A DNA stretch of 64,000 bases from Nitrosopumilus sp. GTDB lineage: Archaea; Thermoproteota; Nitrososphaeria; Nitrososphaerales; Nitrosopumilaceae. The notes under the pieces were generated by a model. It did no database searches. It saw nothing but the letters and a program-made list of their open reading frames with translations, and had not been told where the DNA came from. How positions within the stretch are numbered: the first letter of the stretch is position 1; every line of letters begins with the position of its first letter. The translations under genes and the position numbers were made by a program. Positions 1-9,185 of this stretch are shown here, piece after piece. The stretch spans positions 416,001 through 480,000 of the forward strand of contig OZ242220.1 in NCBI GenBank assembly GCA_965206745.1. The letters run 5' to 3'.

Positions 1-74
1 CCAATTGCAAGGGCCTCGTGGTGTTCATCTGCAAATGACTCTGTTATGAGAAATGCCTTTCTCTTCTCTTCCAA
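1..74 (-). CDS. 5' end of a gene running off the window (MEEKRKAFLITESFADEHHEALAI...), function unknown
   Basis: Hand translation from TTG at 74; frame stays open to the window edge. Confidence 0.4.
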   Translation of the reverse strand, partial: MEEKRKAFLITESFADEHHEALAI

Positions 75-118
75 GGTTAACCCCTTCCCGCCGCCTTAGA
101 TGAGAATCAAATTTGAGG

Positions 119-247
119 CTAGTCCTCGTCTGACTCGTTGCTTATCCTTTCAAAAGTCATCTCCTTTCCCTGGCATGACTCGCATCTCTCCATTGTGCCA
201 AACTCATTTTTGAACTTGCCTTTTCCATCGCATCTAAAACAAACCAT
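119..247 (-). CDS. 42-aa small zinc-finger protein (CxxCxGxG...CxxCxG, DnaJ-type Zn motif)
   Basis: Hand translation MVCFRCDGKGKFKNEFGTMERCESCQGKEMTFERISNESDED; TATA-like TTTAAGTA roughly 20-27 bp upstream; below ORF-track size cutoff. Confidence 0.6.
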   Translation of the reverse strand: MVCFRCDGKGKFKNEFGTMERCESCQGKEMTFERISNESDED

Positions 248-465
248 GACTTCCTATACGACGGCAATTTACTTAAAAATATCGATAGCAATCAAGGCCA
301 AACAGTCATTTGGTGAGGACTGTTCTGACCCAAACATCATTTCATGATGTTATTACTAGTTGATTACCATCAAGTGATGGTTGCCTGATTGTAACATAAA
401 AACAGGATTCATTGCGATCATGAAAAACTGTTCAAAACTGCCATGGAATCCCATACAAACTTGAT

Positions 466-1125
466 CTAAAGCGAGTTGACATACTTGCGCAGTTTCTCTG
501 TCTTTTCCTCGACTGACAGGGGCAGCAGGTCCTTCATCATCTGCTTTAACTCCATCCTCTTGGCATCTCTCCCATCAGAACCGTCCTCTAGCTGCGTCTT
601 CATTGACATAAAGTGCATTATCATCCTTGCCCGCTCATCAATGGATAGTGCAAAAAATGCATCCTTTACCTCACCCCACTGCTTCATTTTGAGCTCTCGC
701 TCCTGCGGAGTCAGGTCGGCATGGTGGCCTCTCCATTTTCCGGACTTGTCTGAATGCTTCCAGCTGTTCTTGGGGATGCCGTCTGAAACATGCAAAACAG
801 TACCATCCCCTGCATCAATAATCACCTTGTAAAACAAGTCGTTACCAGACAGTAATCCGACCTTGTATACCAGGTACCCTTGAATCACCTTTAACTTGCC
901 CCACATTGCATCAGAATCATCAACTGAATCCTGCGCAGCTGTCATGGCATCAGATAAAGTGATCTGCTCAAGACCCTGATAGTCAGAGTCAGTCACTGTC
1001 ATGCTTCCGGAGATCTCTGGAATTTTGTAACTGCCATACTCTGCAAGAACATCAGACGGTGAAAGTGACATAATTGCAAATATTGATGCTGCGATGATTG
1101 CAGGTATGATGATCTTCTTTTTCAA
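466..1125 (-). CDS. Secreted PepSY-domain protein
   Basis: Signal peptide; ITLSDAMTAA...YLVYKV...YKVIIDAGDGTVL PepSY pattern. Confidence 0.75.
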   Translation of the reverse strand: MKKKIIIPAIIAASIFAIMSLSPSDVLAEYGSYKIPEISGSMTVTDSDYQGLEQITLSDAMTAAQDSVDDSDAMWGKLKVIQGYLVYKVGLLSGNDLFYKVIIDAGDGTVLHVSDGIPKNSWKHSDKSGKWRGHHADLTPQERELKMKQWGEVKDAFFALSIDERARMIMHFMSMKTQLEDGSDGRDAKRMELKQMMKDLLPLSVEEKTEKLRKYVNSL

Positions 1126-1352
1126 GTGATCAGCATTTCATTATTATCAGTAATAACCATTACCGCTGATTCTGTCTGGTTCCACAAACTTGTCTCAAAA
1201 ATGATGAAAATCTTGCAGTTGCTAGTGTATCAAATCTGAGAGATTTTTGATATCTTGGTTGCAAAACTTTTGGTGTATTTGGCATGTAGTTTGTACAGAA
1301 AAAGTCAGTTTGTAGTGAATATTTCGTATATGCTCGACTTTTTATATTATAA

Positions 1353-1376
1353 TATACCCTAGTATACTATGGTATA
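1353..1376. promoter_or_regulatory. 24-bp near-perfect palindrome overlapping the start of the RHH-like gene (candidate operator)
   Basis: TATACC-C-TAGTATACTA-T-GGTATA, one mismatched pair, just downstream of TTTATATT TATA-like box. Confidence 0.55.
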
Positions 1377-1953
1377 CCAAAGTGCACCAAAGCGGGCAAA
1401 TCCGGCCAAATCTGGGAAAAAGATTCACACCATCAAGATCACCTCAACTACAAAGCAAATTCTGGATTCCTCTAAAAATCATCCCCGTGAGACATACAAT
1501 GAACTTATTTTAAAATTGGTCAATGCTACATTACGCAAATTCTCCTTCAAGGAAATACTTGATTTGGCACGTGATGCCGGTCTTCGTACTGTTGTTGATG
1601 ATGTGATCGGTGGAATCAGGATATTTCGCGCCACAGGGGATAACCTGCGTTTGGAGTGCATACAGGATCCTTCTGATTCCAAAGTCCATGCAACGCTGGT
1701 AAAATCAATTCCAGACATAGACTATTCCACATTTAAAACACTAAGGAACACCCACAAGGGATCGACTGTTCGGTTCTCTGGAGACTTGAATGCAGTTCGT
1801 ATATTGGAGGATCCCTCCAGATATGATCTGGATCATAAAACTGTCTTTAAAAAATTACTTGAGATGAAAAAAGAGGTTGGACTTGACATCTCATACCAGT
1901 TCAACAATGAGGAAGATGATCTCAAAAAAATCAAGGAAAAATTAGACATCTAG
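1369..1953 (+). CDS. Hypothetical protein with N-terminal ribbon-helix-helix-like DNA-binding domain
   Basis: HTIKITSTTKQILDSSKNHPRETYNELILKLV matches the archaeal RHH/antitoxin pattern. Confidence 0.6.
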   Translation: MVYQSAPKRANPAKSGKKIHTIKITSTTKQILDSSKNHPRETYNELILKLVNATLRKFSFKEILDLARDAGLRTVVDDVIGGIRIFRATGDNLRLECIQDPSDSKVHATLVKSIPDIDYSTFKTLRNTHKGSTVRFSGDLNAVRILEDPSRYDLDHKTVFKKLLEMKKEVGLDISYQFNNEEDDLKKIKEKLDI

Positions 1954-2511
1954 ACTTTTTTTAATCAGTGATGCAACAGCCGATATGATTTTTGGTGTTT
2001 CTCCTATGTTGGATACGTCCAAATTTGAAATTCTTCCAACAATGATCCCATTTTCTTCTTCAATATTTTCTTGTCCTGTTTGATTGCTGGTTAAAATCGC
2101 CAGTATCTTTATGTTTTTTCTATTGAAGAGTTTTTCCCATTCTTTGATTTTATCCAACTCATCGTCTTTACACAAAATTACTGCATGAGTTCCCACAGAA
2201 ACAAGTATCTCTGTAATATCAGTGGGTTTTCCTGGAAGATCCCCTATGACTAATCTATTTGGTAATGATGCAAATTCTTTAACACATAGCCTAGTCTCTT
2301 TCTCAGTGGGAATTTTCTTTGTACCGTCTCGCTCTTCTTTTGAGATCAAACCTTCTGCATATCGTTTGGTCTCCCCCCAAGGATCATAATCATAATTGTA
2401 CGCATCTGTGCCTAAATCCTGTAGTGCCCTCTCAAGATATAGCGCAAAAGTGCTTTTTCCAGAATGTGGTGGTCCTCCTACAACAATTCTAATTTTTTTT
2501 ATATGTGTCAC
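1942..2511 (-). CDS. Small P-loop NTPase
   Basis: Walker A GGPPHSGKST; LVIGDLPG Walker-B-like; 4-bp overlap with the upstream ParB-like gene. Confidence 0.75.
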   Translation of the reverse strand: MTHIKKIRIVVGGPPHSGKSTFALYLERALQDLGTDAYNYDYDPWGETKRYAEGLISKEERDGTKKIPTEKETRLCVKEFASLPNRLVIGDLPGKPTDITEILVSVGTHAVILCKDDELDKIKEWEKLFNRKNIKILAILTSNQTGQENIEEENGIIVGRISNLDVSNIGETPKIISAVASLIKKSLDV

Positions 2512-3581
2512 CCTATGGATTTAATATCTTTGAGCAATTGCCCAAATTCCTTATGTAATTCTTTAAAATCTTTTAACTTGTTATTATCCTTGGCAATTTC
2601 TTGCATCTTACTTCTTGGAAAATTATGAATTAATTCATAGAGATCTTGAACTCGACTATCAACATTTTCAGAAAATGAACTCGTTAGAGATTTTCTTTGT
2701 TTCTGCCGCTTCATGATTTCTATGGCTTTTTCAATTGTTGCATTATTTTGCATGGCTTTGTATGCATCTTTGCTTTCTAAAATTATTTTATCTAATTTTC
2801 TCACATGTATGGCCATTGGAATTTTATTATTATATATCCAATCCATGAATTTTTCAAGATGTACCGGATCCTCTGTCCATTCTTTAAGGTCTCTCTTTTT
2901 ATATAATTCTAGAAAATGTGAAAATCGTTGCAACCATCGATCATCATCAGGATATTTTTTATGATATAATAATGTGGCATCATATGCTTTAACATTTTGA
3001 CTAATAGTATTTTTACCTATGCTTATTGCTTTTGCAACTTCTTCATAATCGTAATCATATTTTTTTATTAAATCATAAACATGAACACCTTTATTCAATG
3101 CTGCCCAATTTTTTTTCCCACTAACATGTATTCTGGCAAGAAACAATGCCACATCTGCATTACTTGTATCTTTGGGAAGTATGATACATTGTATTGGATC
3201 AATTTGATTGCTGGAAATATTTTTTTCTTTTCCAGAATTAATCTCCTCTATAATTTTTCTCATACATACTGTTCTTCGATTTCCTTCAATTACTGAATAT
3301 TGGGAATTGGAAATTTGACGTACGTATGGTTTTTCAGTCAATCCTTTTGAGAATTTTATTTCTCGAATCAAACTTTTTGTGTCTGTTTCTTGCCATATCC
3401 GATCTTCAATCTGCTCGTTTGTCATTGGTTCTGGAACATGCTTGAATCGAACATTTGTAGGATCAAGAACAAGTTGAGTTAAAGGTATGAATCTAATATC
3501 TGCCTCAATTCTCTCCTCTCCTGTTATGCTTAATTGGATTTTTGATGGGCTTACTGAATTTTTTGTAGTCTTTAGAGTCAC
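2508..3581 (-). CDS. ParB/Srx-like N-terminal domain protein
   Basis: IPLTQLVLDPTNVRF...YSVIEGNRRTVC (GxRR motif); HTH-like YEEVAKAISIGKNTISQNVK. Confidence 0.75.
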   Translation of the reverse strand: MTLKTTKNSVSPSKIQLSITGEERIEADIRFIPLTQLVLDPTNVRFKHVPEPMTNEQIEDRIWQETDTKSLIREIKFSKGLTEKPYVRQISNSQYSVIEGNRRTVCMRKIIEEINSGKEKNISSNQIDPIQCIILPKDTSNADVALFLARIHVSGKKNWAALNKGVHVYDLIKKYDYDYEEVAKAISIGKNTISQNVKAYDATLLYHKKYPDDDRWLQRFSHFLELYKKRDLKEWTEDPVHLEKFMDWIYNNKIPMAIHVRKLDKIILESKDAYKAMQNNATIEKAIEIMKRQKQRKSLTSSFSENVDSRVQDLYELIHNFPRSKMQEIAKDNNKLKDFKELHKEFGQLLKDIKSIG

Positions 3582-3600
3582 GCTTTGTTGTATATGTAAT

Positions 3601-3651
3601 AGTATTAAAAAGTATTGAATACTAGAAAATACTATGAATACTTACAATACT
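3601..3651. repeat. Array of six AATACT hexamers (2 inverted + 4 direct) at ~9-10 bp spacing
   Basis: AGTATT at 3601, 3611; AATACT at 3618, 3628, 3637, 3646; immediately upstream of the ParB-like gene. Confidence 0.7.
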
Positions 3652-3787
3652 TATGGCTATAGAGTAATTTTGTATTCAAGAAACTGATCAAAATTTACTG
3701 AAATATTAAAATCTAAATTTGAAATGTTTCTGGATATTTTTTCTTTTACATGATCGGTTTTATTTACCCGTAATCCATGAAAATATC

Positions 3788-4861
3788 ATGGGTTTTTGTG
3801 GGGGATGTGGAAAACAAGCAGGCGTTAAAGACAGTTTCTGTACTGGATGTGGAACCTCCATAATAGAGTCCAAGATCTCCGTTTTAGAAAATACATCTCA
3901 AATAATTAAAGAAGAATACAAACAAAGCACTGCTTCCCCAGAAGCAGAAATCTCTCAAGGTACACACATTGGTAATCAAAAAAGAAGTGGAGAATGGTTG
4001 GAATCTACCACTTCACATATTTTGAAATTTGCAGGTTTTGATGTTGATAGAGAAGTTTCATTTGTTTTTAATGACAGCACTAATGATAAATTTAGAATAG
4101 ATGTTCTAGCGCGTGATCCAAATATAGAAATTTTTGTCGAATGTAAAGATTACGCTGATTTGAAAATGTCAGAAAAAATAATGTACACATTAACTGGTCA
4201 GTTGAATGATTACAGAAAAAGACAGAGCAAAGATGTAGTGGGACTTCTTGTTATGACTGCAAAAGATGATGGACGTAATCAGGGAATTAGAGAAAATCTA
4301 AAAAAACATAATTGCTTTTTGTGGGATGGTGCATTTTTAGAACATTTGGAAAACAAAATTATCGAACTAGGAAATAAAGAAGATTTTCGTAGATATATTT
4401 TAGATCACCTGGGTATTTTTGAAGAACTTGAAAAGAAAGCTAAAGGTGAATACTATGATTTCATGATAAAATACTCTGTACATACAATTCCCCCTGATCA
4501 ATATGTTGGAAAATCATTTGATATTATGAATATAGTTGATGAATTAAAAGAGCAATTGCCTGAAAAAGTAAGCATTGTAAATCATACTTACCATGCAATT
4601 AAGAATAACAAGCAAATTCTTAGCTATAACATAGTTGTAGATTTTAGCTTTAAACTTACAATGGATGAAATCAATAAAATTGCTAAATCTAGATGTAAGT
4701 TTGGTGAAAGAATACGAAGGCGAAAACCTGAAGAAATTACATATCGGAGCTTCCGAGAAGACATTTACAATATTTTATCTAGAGTTTATGGTATTAGTTA
4801 CAACCCTAAGAAAAATAGCCAATATTATGATATTGAATTCATGGGAAGTAGGATCAAATAG
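3788..4861 (+). CDS. Zn-ribbon + Mrr-like PD-(D/E)XK restriction endonuclease domain protein
   Basis: MGFCGGCG...FCTGCG; GEWLE...RIDVLA...IFVECKDY; start moved to ATG 3788. Confidence 0.75.
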   Translation: MGFCGGCGKQAGVKDSFCTGCGTSIIESKISVLENTSQIIKEEYKQSTASPEAEISQGTHIGNQKRSGEWLESTTSHILKFAGFDVDREVSFVFNDSTNDKFRIDVLARDPNIEIFVECKDYADLKMSEKIMYTLTGQLNDYRKRQSKDVVGLLVMTAKDDGRNQGIRENLKKHNCFLWDGAFLEHLENKIIELGNKEDFRRYILDHLGIFEELEKKAKGEYYDFMIKYSVHTIPPDQYVGKSFDIMNIVDELKEQLPEKVSIVNHTYHAIKNNKQILSYNIVVDFSFKLTMDEINKIAKSRCKFGERIRRRKPEEITYRSFREDIYNILSRVYGISYNPKKNSQYYDIEFMGSRIK

Positions 4862-4923
4862 TCTTTTTAGATTTTTTATCATATATTCGTTCTTTAGAAT
4901 CGATCAATTTCATTTGAATATCG

Positions 4924-5157
4924 ATGATTTTACAATTTAGATCAAAATTCAACGTAGAAAATCCTCAGTCAATTGAAACTATGAAAACCCATTTGATAGA
5001 AAATCTTGATGATTTTGGGGTCTGGTCTGACAATTATCAGGATTTTATGGATAAGCGAGCAGATGTATTGAGTAAAGAAATTAGGAAGCGAATTATTCCA
5101 CAAAAAATTGACAAACAACCTCACTCTAATTCAGAAGAAGATTATTCAAAAAATTGA
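4924..5157 (+). pseudogene. Fragment resembling the C-terminus of DUF262/GmrSD-type proteins
   Basis: THLIENLDDFGVWSDNYQDFMDKRADVLSKEI resembles that C-terminal pattern; no upstream body. Confidence 0.45.
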
Positions 5158-5186
5158 GTAATTATTCTTTAATTTTTAAAGATAAT

Positions 5187-5717
5187 TTATTCTACAGGCT
5201 GTAAAGTATACATAATTACATTGCGTAAATGTCCGTTTACATCGTATTGTGACTCATTACCTGTTTTTTTTACTTTAACTTTACCGATATACTTGTGATC
5301 ACTACCCTGATTATCTTGCCAGAACAAATGTATTTCTTGTCTCTTGGATTCTGCATTTTTTAATCCAGAATTGTTTGAATTGTCATAACTCTGATTACCT
5401 GATAACCCTTGACCCGTATATCGATAAAATCCATCTTTACCAATTCTGTCATTATAGCTATTATTATTTTTATTTTTAATTACGATCCAACACTTGTATT
5501 TTTTGTTGTAACTTATTCCCCATCGTGGATGTCCTACGCGTTTTCGAATAAGTTTTTGTTTATAATATTTTCCTTGTTCAAATGGAAAAGAATCATTTGA
5601 AAGAATTTCATTTTCATCTTCTCTTTTTGGAATTTGAGATAAATCATCACATTTTTTACATTTTAAACCCATTATTGTTTCAATTTTCAATTTTCCACAG
5701 TTTTCACAAAACTCCAA
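5187..5717 (-). CDS. Zn-ribbon + SRA/YDG-like modified-DNA-binding domain protein
   Basis: MEFCENCG...CKKC; YNDR...YTGQGLSGNQ...IHLF...YIGKV. Confidence 0.65.
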   Translation of the reverse strand: MEFCENCGKLKIETIMGLKCKKCDDLSQIPKREDENEILSNDSFPFEQGKYYKQKLIRKRVGHPRWGISYNKKYKCWIVIKNKNNNSYNDRIGKDGFYRYTGQGLSGNQSYDNSNNSGLKNAESKRQEIHLFWQDNQGSDHKYIGKVKVKKTGNESQYDVNGHLRNVIMYTLQPVE

Positions 5718-6065
5718 TAAATTTAATTAAATTATTCATATTTTAATTTAAATCACATATTTTGTGTTTGAAGATGTTGTAAATATAACTCGGATCAAAA
5801 TTCATCAAAAGACATGCGATCATATTAAAAATAAGTCTACATAGACTACAAAATGTATGAATATGTCAGTTTAGATGATGTAAAATCAAAATTCACAGAA
5901 TATTAATCAAATGATAAATTAATTGAATGCTGTTTTAAATAACAAAAAATGGTTCTGTATAATTTTGGGGATAAATTCACAATTTATTATCTCTACAAAG
6001 GTAACTATAATCATTTTCTTGGTTTGCCGATAATTGGCATTATTATAACTCTGATTATCTGATAT

Positions 6066-6629
6066 TTATTCTACTGGTCTTAGTAAGAATTCATAGACTT
6101 TTCTATCCTTTCCTTCCTCATCTGGTTGAATATTTTGTATAGTATCTTCAAGTTTTACTAATCCAATGTACTTGTGTTTACTTTCACCGTTTTGTTGTCG
6201 AAACAAATGAATCTCTGTTTTGTTCTTGCTGGAATTATGTACACGGTCATTGGCTCCGGTCAAAGCTTGATCTCCTTTATTTCCTCTTCCAGTATAGTGA
6301 TACAAATTGGTTTGAGGATCAAACCTATCAAGATGTGGATTGTTTTCTTGAAATTGGGGATTATGTGCACTGATAAAAAGTACTAGGAAATTCCCCCTTA
6401 CATGATAATTTATTCCAGGCATCAAACCTAATCCTAATCTATGTCTAACATGACTGTGCAAGTAATATTGTCCCTTTTGAAATGGAAAACTTGGACTATT
6501 GTAGATGACTGCTTTTTTCCTCTGCTCTGCCATCTCTTCCATTTTTTCTAGTTCCTCTTTATCACATTTTGGACATTTTCCCATCTTTGTCTTGAGTAAT
6601 TTTGAACCACATGTATTGCAGAACTTCAA
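6066..6629 (-). CDS. Zn-ribbon + SRA/YDG-like domain protein (paralog of 5187..5717)
   Basis: MKFCNTCG...CPKC; YHYTGRGNKGDQ...IHLF...YIGLV; same C-terminal LxPVE. Confidence 0.65.
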   Translation of the reverse strand: MKFCNTCGSKLLKTKMGKCPKCDKEELEKMEEMAEQRKKAVIYNSPSFPFQKGQYYLHSHVRHRLGLGLMPGINYHVRGNFLVLFISAHNPQFQENNPHLDRFDPQTNLYHYTGRGNKGDQALTGANDRVHNSSKNKTEIHLFRQQNGESKHKYIGLVKLEDTIQNIQPDEEGKDRKVYEFLLRPVE

Positions 6630-6825
6630 CGAGTCAAACTATGACTTTTCTCTATATGAGTTCTTTTGATTCTCTTAAATTCTGTTATACTAACATATGA
6701 TAAATCCGAGATGTGGATCTTTTTTAATTCAAAAAATCCTATATTTGGGGACGGGCAATCCAACCAATCGACACAATTCTCCAGTCATAGAAATATTCAA
6801 ATTATGATGATTTTACACCAAACCA

Positions 6826-7497
6826 TTGCAGTATGAGATTCTAAAAAACCCGATGGGACTAATCGAGTTCACACTAGACAAGGGCGAAAAGGTAACAGCA
6901 GAGGCTGCAGCCATGGTATACATCAAAGGGAATCTCATAACTGAGACCAAGATGAGAAAGGGTGGATTCCTAAAGTCCATAAAGGCAGCAGCATTTGGCG
7001 GGGAATCATTCTTTGTAAACGAGTTCATTGCACAGGAGGACAACTGCAAGCTGGGACTGACCGGAAACACGCTTGGTGATATCCAGGTGATCAACATACA
7101 GGAGGAATACATCATACAATCAGGCGCATTTGTGGGATCCACCGGAGAACTGACCCTTGACACCAAATGGCAGGGATTCACAAAGGGAATATTTGGAACA
7201 AACATGTTCATGCTAAAGACAGTCGGCAACGGAGACATCTTTGTAAACGCATGGGGCGGAATCATCTCACACACGCTAAAGGCAGGGGAGAAAATGACAC
7301 TTGACAACTATCAGCTCGTTGCACTGAGTTCCACTGCAGGTTACAACGTCACAAGACATGGCAACCTAAAGACCACGCTGTTTGGCGGGGAGGCACTAGT
7401 AATAGAGATCACAGGACCTGGAACCGTATACATTCAGACCAAGAATGTGATGGAGTTTGTACGCTCTATAATCCCGTTCCTCCCAAATAGACGCTAG
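6826..7497 (+). CDS. TIGR00266/AIM24 family protein
   Basis: AEAAAMVY, FGGESFF, FGGEALV..TGPGTVYIQT motifs. Confidence 0.85.
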   Translation: MQYEILKNPMGLIEFTLDKGEKVTAEAAAMVYIKGNLITETKMRKGGFLKSIKAAAFGGESFFVNEFIAQEDNCKLGLTGNTLGDIQVINIQEEYIIQSGAFVGSTGELTLDTKWQGFTKGIFGTNMFMLKTVGNGDIFVNAWGGIISHTLKAGEKMTLDNYQLVALSSTAGYNVTRHGNLKTTLFGGEALVIEITGPGTVYIQTKNVMEFVRSIIPFLPNRR

Positions 7498-8732
7498 CTT
7501 TTCAGTCTTTTATACGCAAAGAACACAATGATGACTCCAAGTGCAGCCAGACCCAGATAGATGTAAATCATACCTGCCAGATCACTTGACTCGTTATAGT
7601 CTGATACCCTGACTGGTTGAATGGTACTGTCTGGACTATCAATTGGAACGACCCTGAGGATTTTGTCGTCATTGGTGCCAGGAGACCCGCGTCCGTCCTG
7701 ATTGCTAGTCAGAATGTACAGAAATCCGTCCGGCCCCGTCTGGACATCCCTTAACCGTCCAAACTCGTCTTGGAATATCTTTTGATGGGAGATAACAGAG
7801 TTGTTTTGCAGGTCAAAGTCAATCATGTGCAGATGACTTCCACGAAGAGTTGCAACAAAGTACTTTCCAGACCACTGTGGAATTTTTTTGCCATGGTAAA
7901 ACTCTGCCCCCGATGGCGCCCATGTGTCCTCTCCTGTGTGCAGAATCGAATTCTGCAGGCCCTCGACTGTCTCATCTCCAATCACATCTGGCCATCCATA
8001 ATTTCCCCCTGGCACTATCACGTTGACTTCATCATGTGCTGTTCCCCTAAATCCGGAAGGCCCGTGTTCCGTTGCAACCAGATTCCCTGCATCATCCCAG
8101 TCAAGTCCCTGGGGGTTTCTATGCCCTATGGAGTAGATTGGAGAGTCCTTCCATGGGTTGTCCTCCGGTATTGTTCCGTCTGGGTTGATTCGCAGAATCT
8201 TTCCCCCCAATGAATCCAGATCCTGTGAGAGTTCTGGATTTCCTGCATCCCCTGTAGTCACGTAGAGTTTCCCGTCAGGCCCGAACTGAATCCTCCCCCC
8301 GTCATGGAACGGGCCTCCGGGAATCCCTTCAATCAAAACCCTGTCCTCATTTATCATCCCGTTTACCATTTGGTAGCGGACCAGCTTGTTTAGTGTCGAG
8401 AGAAACTCGTTGTATGTATAGTATACATAGATGTAATGGTTCTCTGAATAGTTTGGATCAACTGCAACCCCGAGCATTCCTCCCTCCACACCCCCGACTC
8501 CCAGTGAGAGCAGTGGCTCTTGTAATAACTGTCCGTTTTTAATGGCCCTTAGTTCCCCCTCCCTTTCAGTAAAGAGGATCATTCCATCAGGAGTCCAGTC
8601 TATACTCCATGGTATGGTCAGGTTTTCGGCAACAGTCTCCACCCTTACTCCCAATTCGGGATATTCTTGGGCAAATGCTGCTGGAATCAGTGATAATAAC
8701 ATCAAACAGATAATGATTTGTCTCATTGCCAT
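7494..8732 (-). CDS. PQQ-dependent sugar (glucose/sorbosone) dehydrogenase, membrane-anchored
   Basis: HDGGRIQFGPDGKLYVTTGDAG, GHRNPQGL, GRLRDVQTGPDG; signal peptide and C-terminal TM. Confidence 0.9.
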   Translation of the reverse strand: MAMRQIIICLMLLSLIPAAFAQEYPELGVRVETVAENLTIPWSIDWTPDGMILFTEREGELRAIKNGQLLQEPLLSLGVGGVEGGMLGVAVDPNYSENHYIYVYYTYNEFLSTLNKLVRYQMVNGMINEDRVLIEGIPGGPFHDGGRIQFGPDGKLYVTTGDAGNPELSQDLDSLGGKILRINPDGTIPEDNPWKDSPIYSIGHRNPQGLDWDDAGNLVATEHGPSGFRGTAHDEVNVIVPGGNYGWPDVIGDETVEGLQNSILHTGEDTWAPSGAEFYHGKKIPQWSGKYFVATLRGSHLHMIDFDLQNNSVISHQKIFQDEFGRLRDVQTGPDGFLYILTSNQDGRGSPGTNDDKILRVVPIDSPDSTIQPVRVSDYNESSDLAGMIYIYLGLAALGVIIVFFAYKRLKS

Positions 8733-8751
8733 TCAATCTCTGATTCCTATT

Positions 8752-8889
8752 TTAGTCCTGTTTATGTCTCTGTAACTGTGTAACCCTTGCAACAAGATTG
8801 TCAATTTGGGCCCTTAGTTGTATTATGACCTCGTTGGATTTTTGCAAGTTCATTTCAAGCTCTCTGTTTGTAGTTCTTTCGTCTTTCAT
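8752..8889 (-). CDS. 45-aa coiled-coil small protein
   Basis: Hand translation MKDERTTNRELEMNLQKSNEVIIQLRAQIDNLVARVTQLQRHKQD; ends ~20 bp before the dehydrogenase start. Confidence 0.45.
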   Translation of the reverse strand: MKDERTTNRELEMNLQKSNEVIIQLRAQIDNLVARVTQLQRHKQD

Positions 8890-9018
8890 GATTGTAAGAT
8901 ATAGTCATGATTGTTGGTTCATACTTACATCTTGCTGACAAAACTGTAAGCACTGTCCTCATACTTGATTTCTCATGTTCAAAATTTGTTAATTTTCAAA
9001 AATACTCCTAAAATTTAC

Positions 9019-9185
9019 TTAAATACTGTTTTTTGAAATAGTATTTAAAACATGAGCATAAACCTAGAAAAATCCCATTTTTCTCGATTATACGATTATT
9101 TTAAAACGTATAATCAGGCGTAATTGTACACACAATTCATGGCTTTGTTGAATTAAAACCTAGAAAAAGCGATAAATTCTCGATT
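9019..9185. repeat. Cluster of inverted and direct repeats
   Basis: TTAAATACT-N12-AGTATTTAA (9019-9048); GATTATACG-N12-CGTATAATC (9086-9115); AAACCTAGAAAAA-N8-TTCTCGATT at 9060 and 9156. Confidence 0.65.

Noticed and set aside
1942-2511. Calling the NTPase ParA/SegA or a Cas protein
   Set aside because: It lacks the KGGxGK deviant Walker A and any Csx3 domain, and there is no CRISPR context; left as an unassigned NTPase
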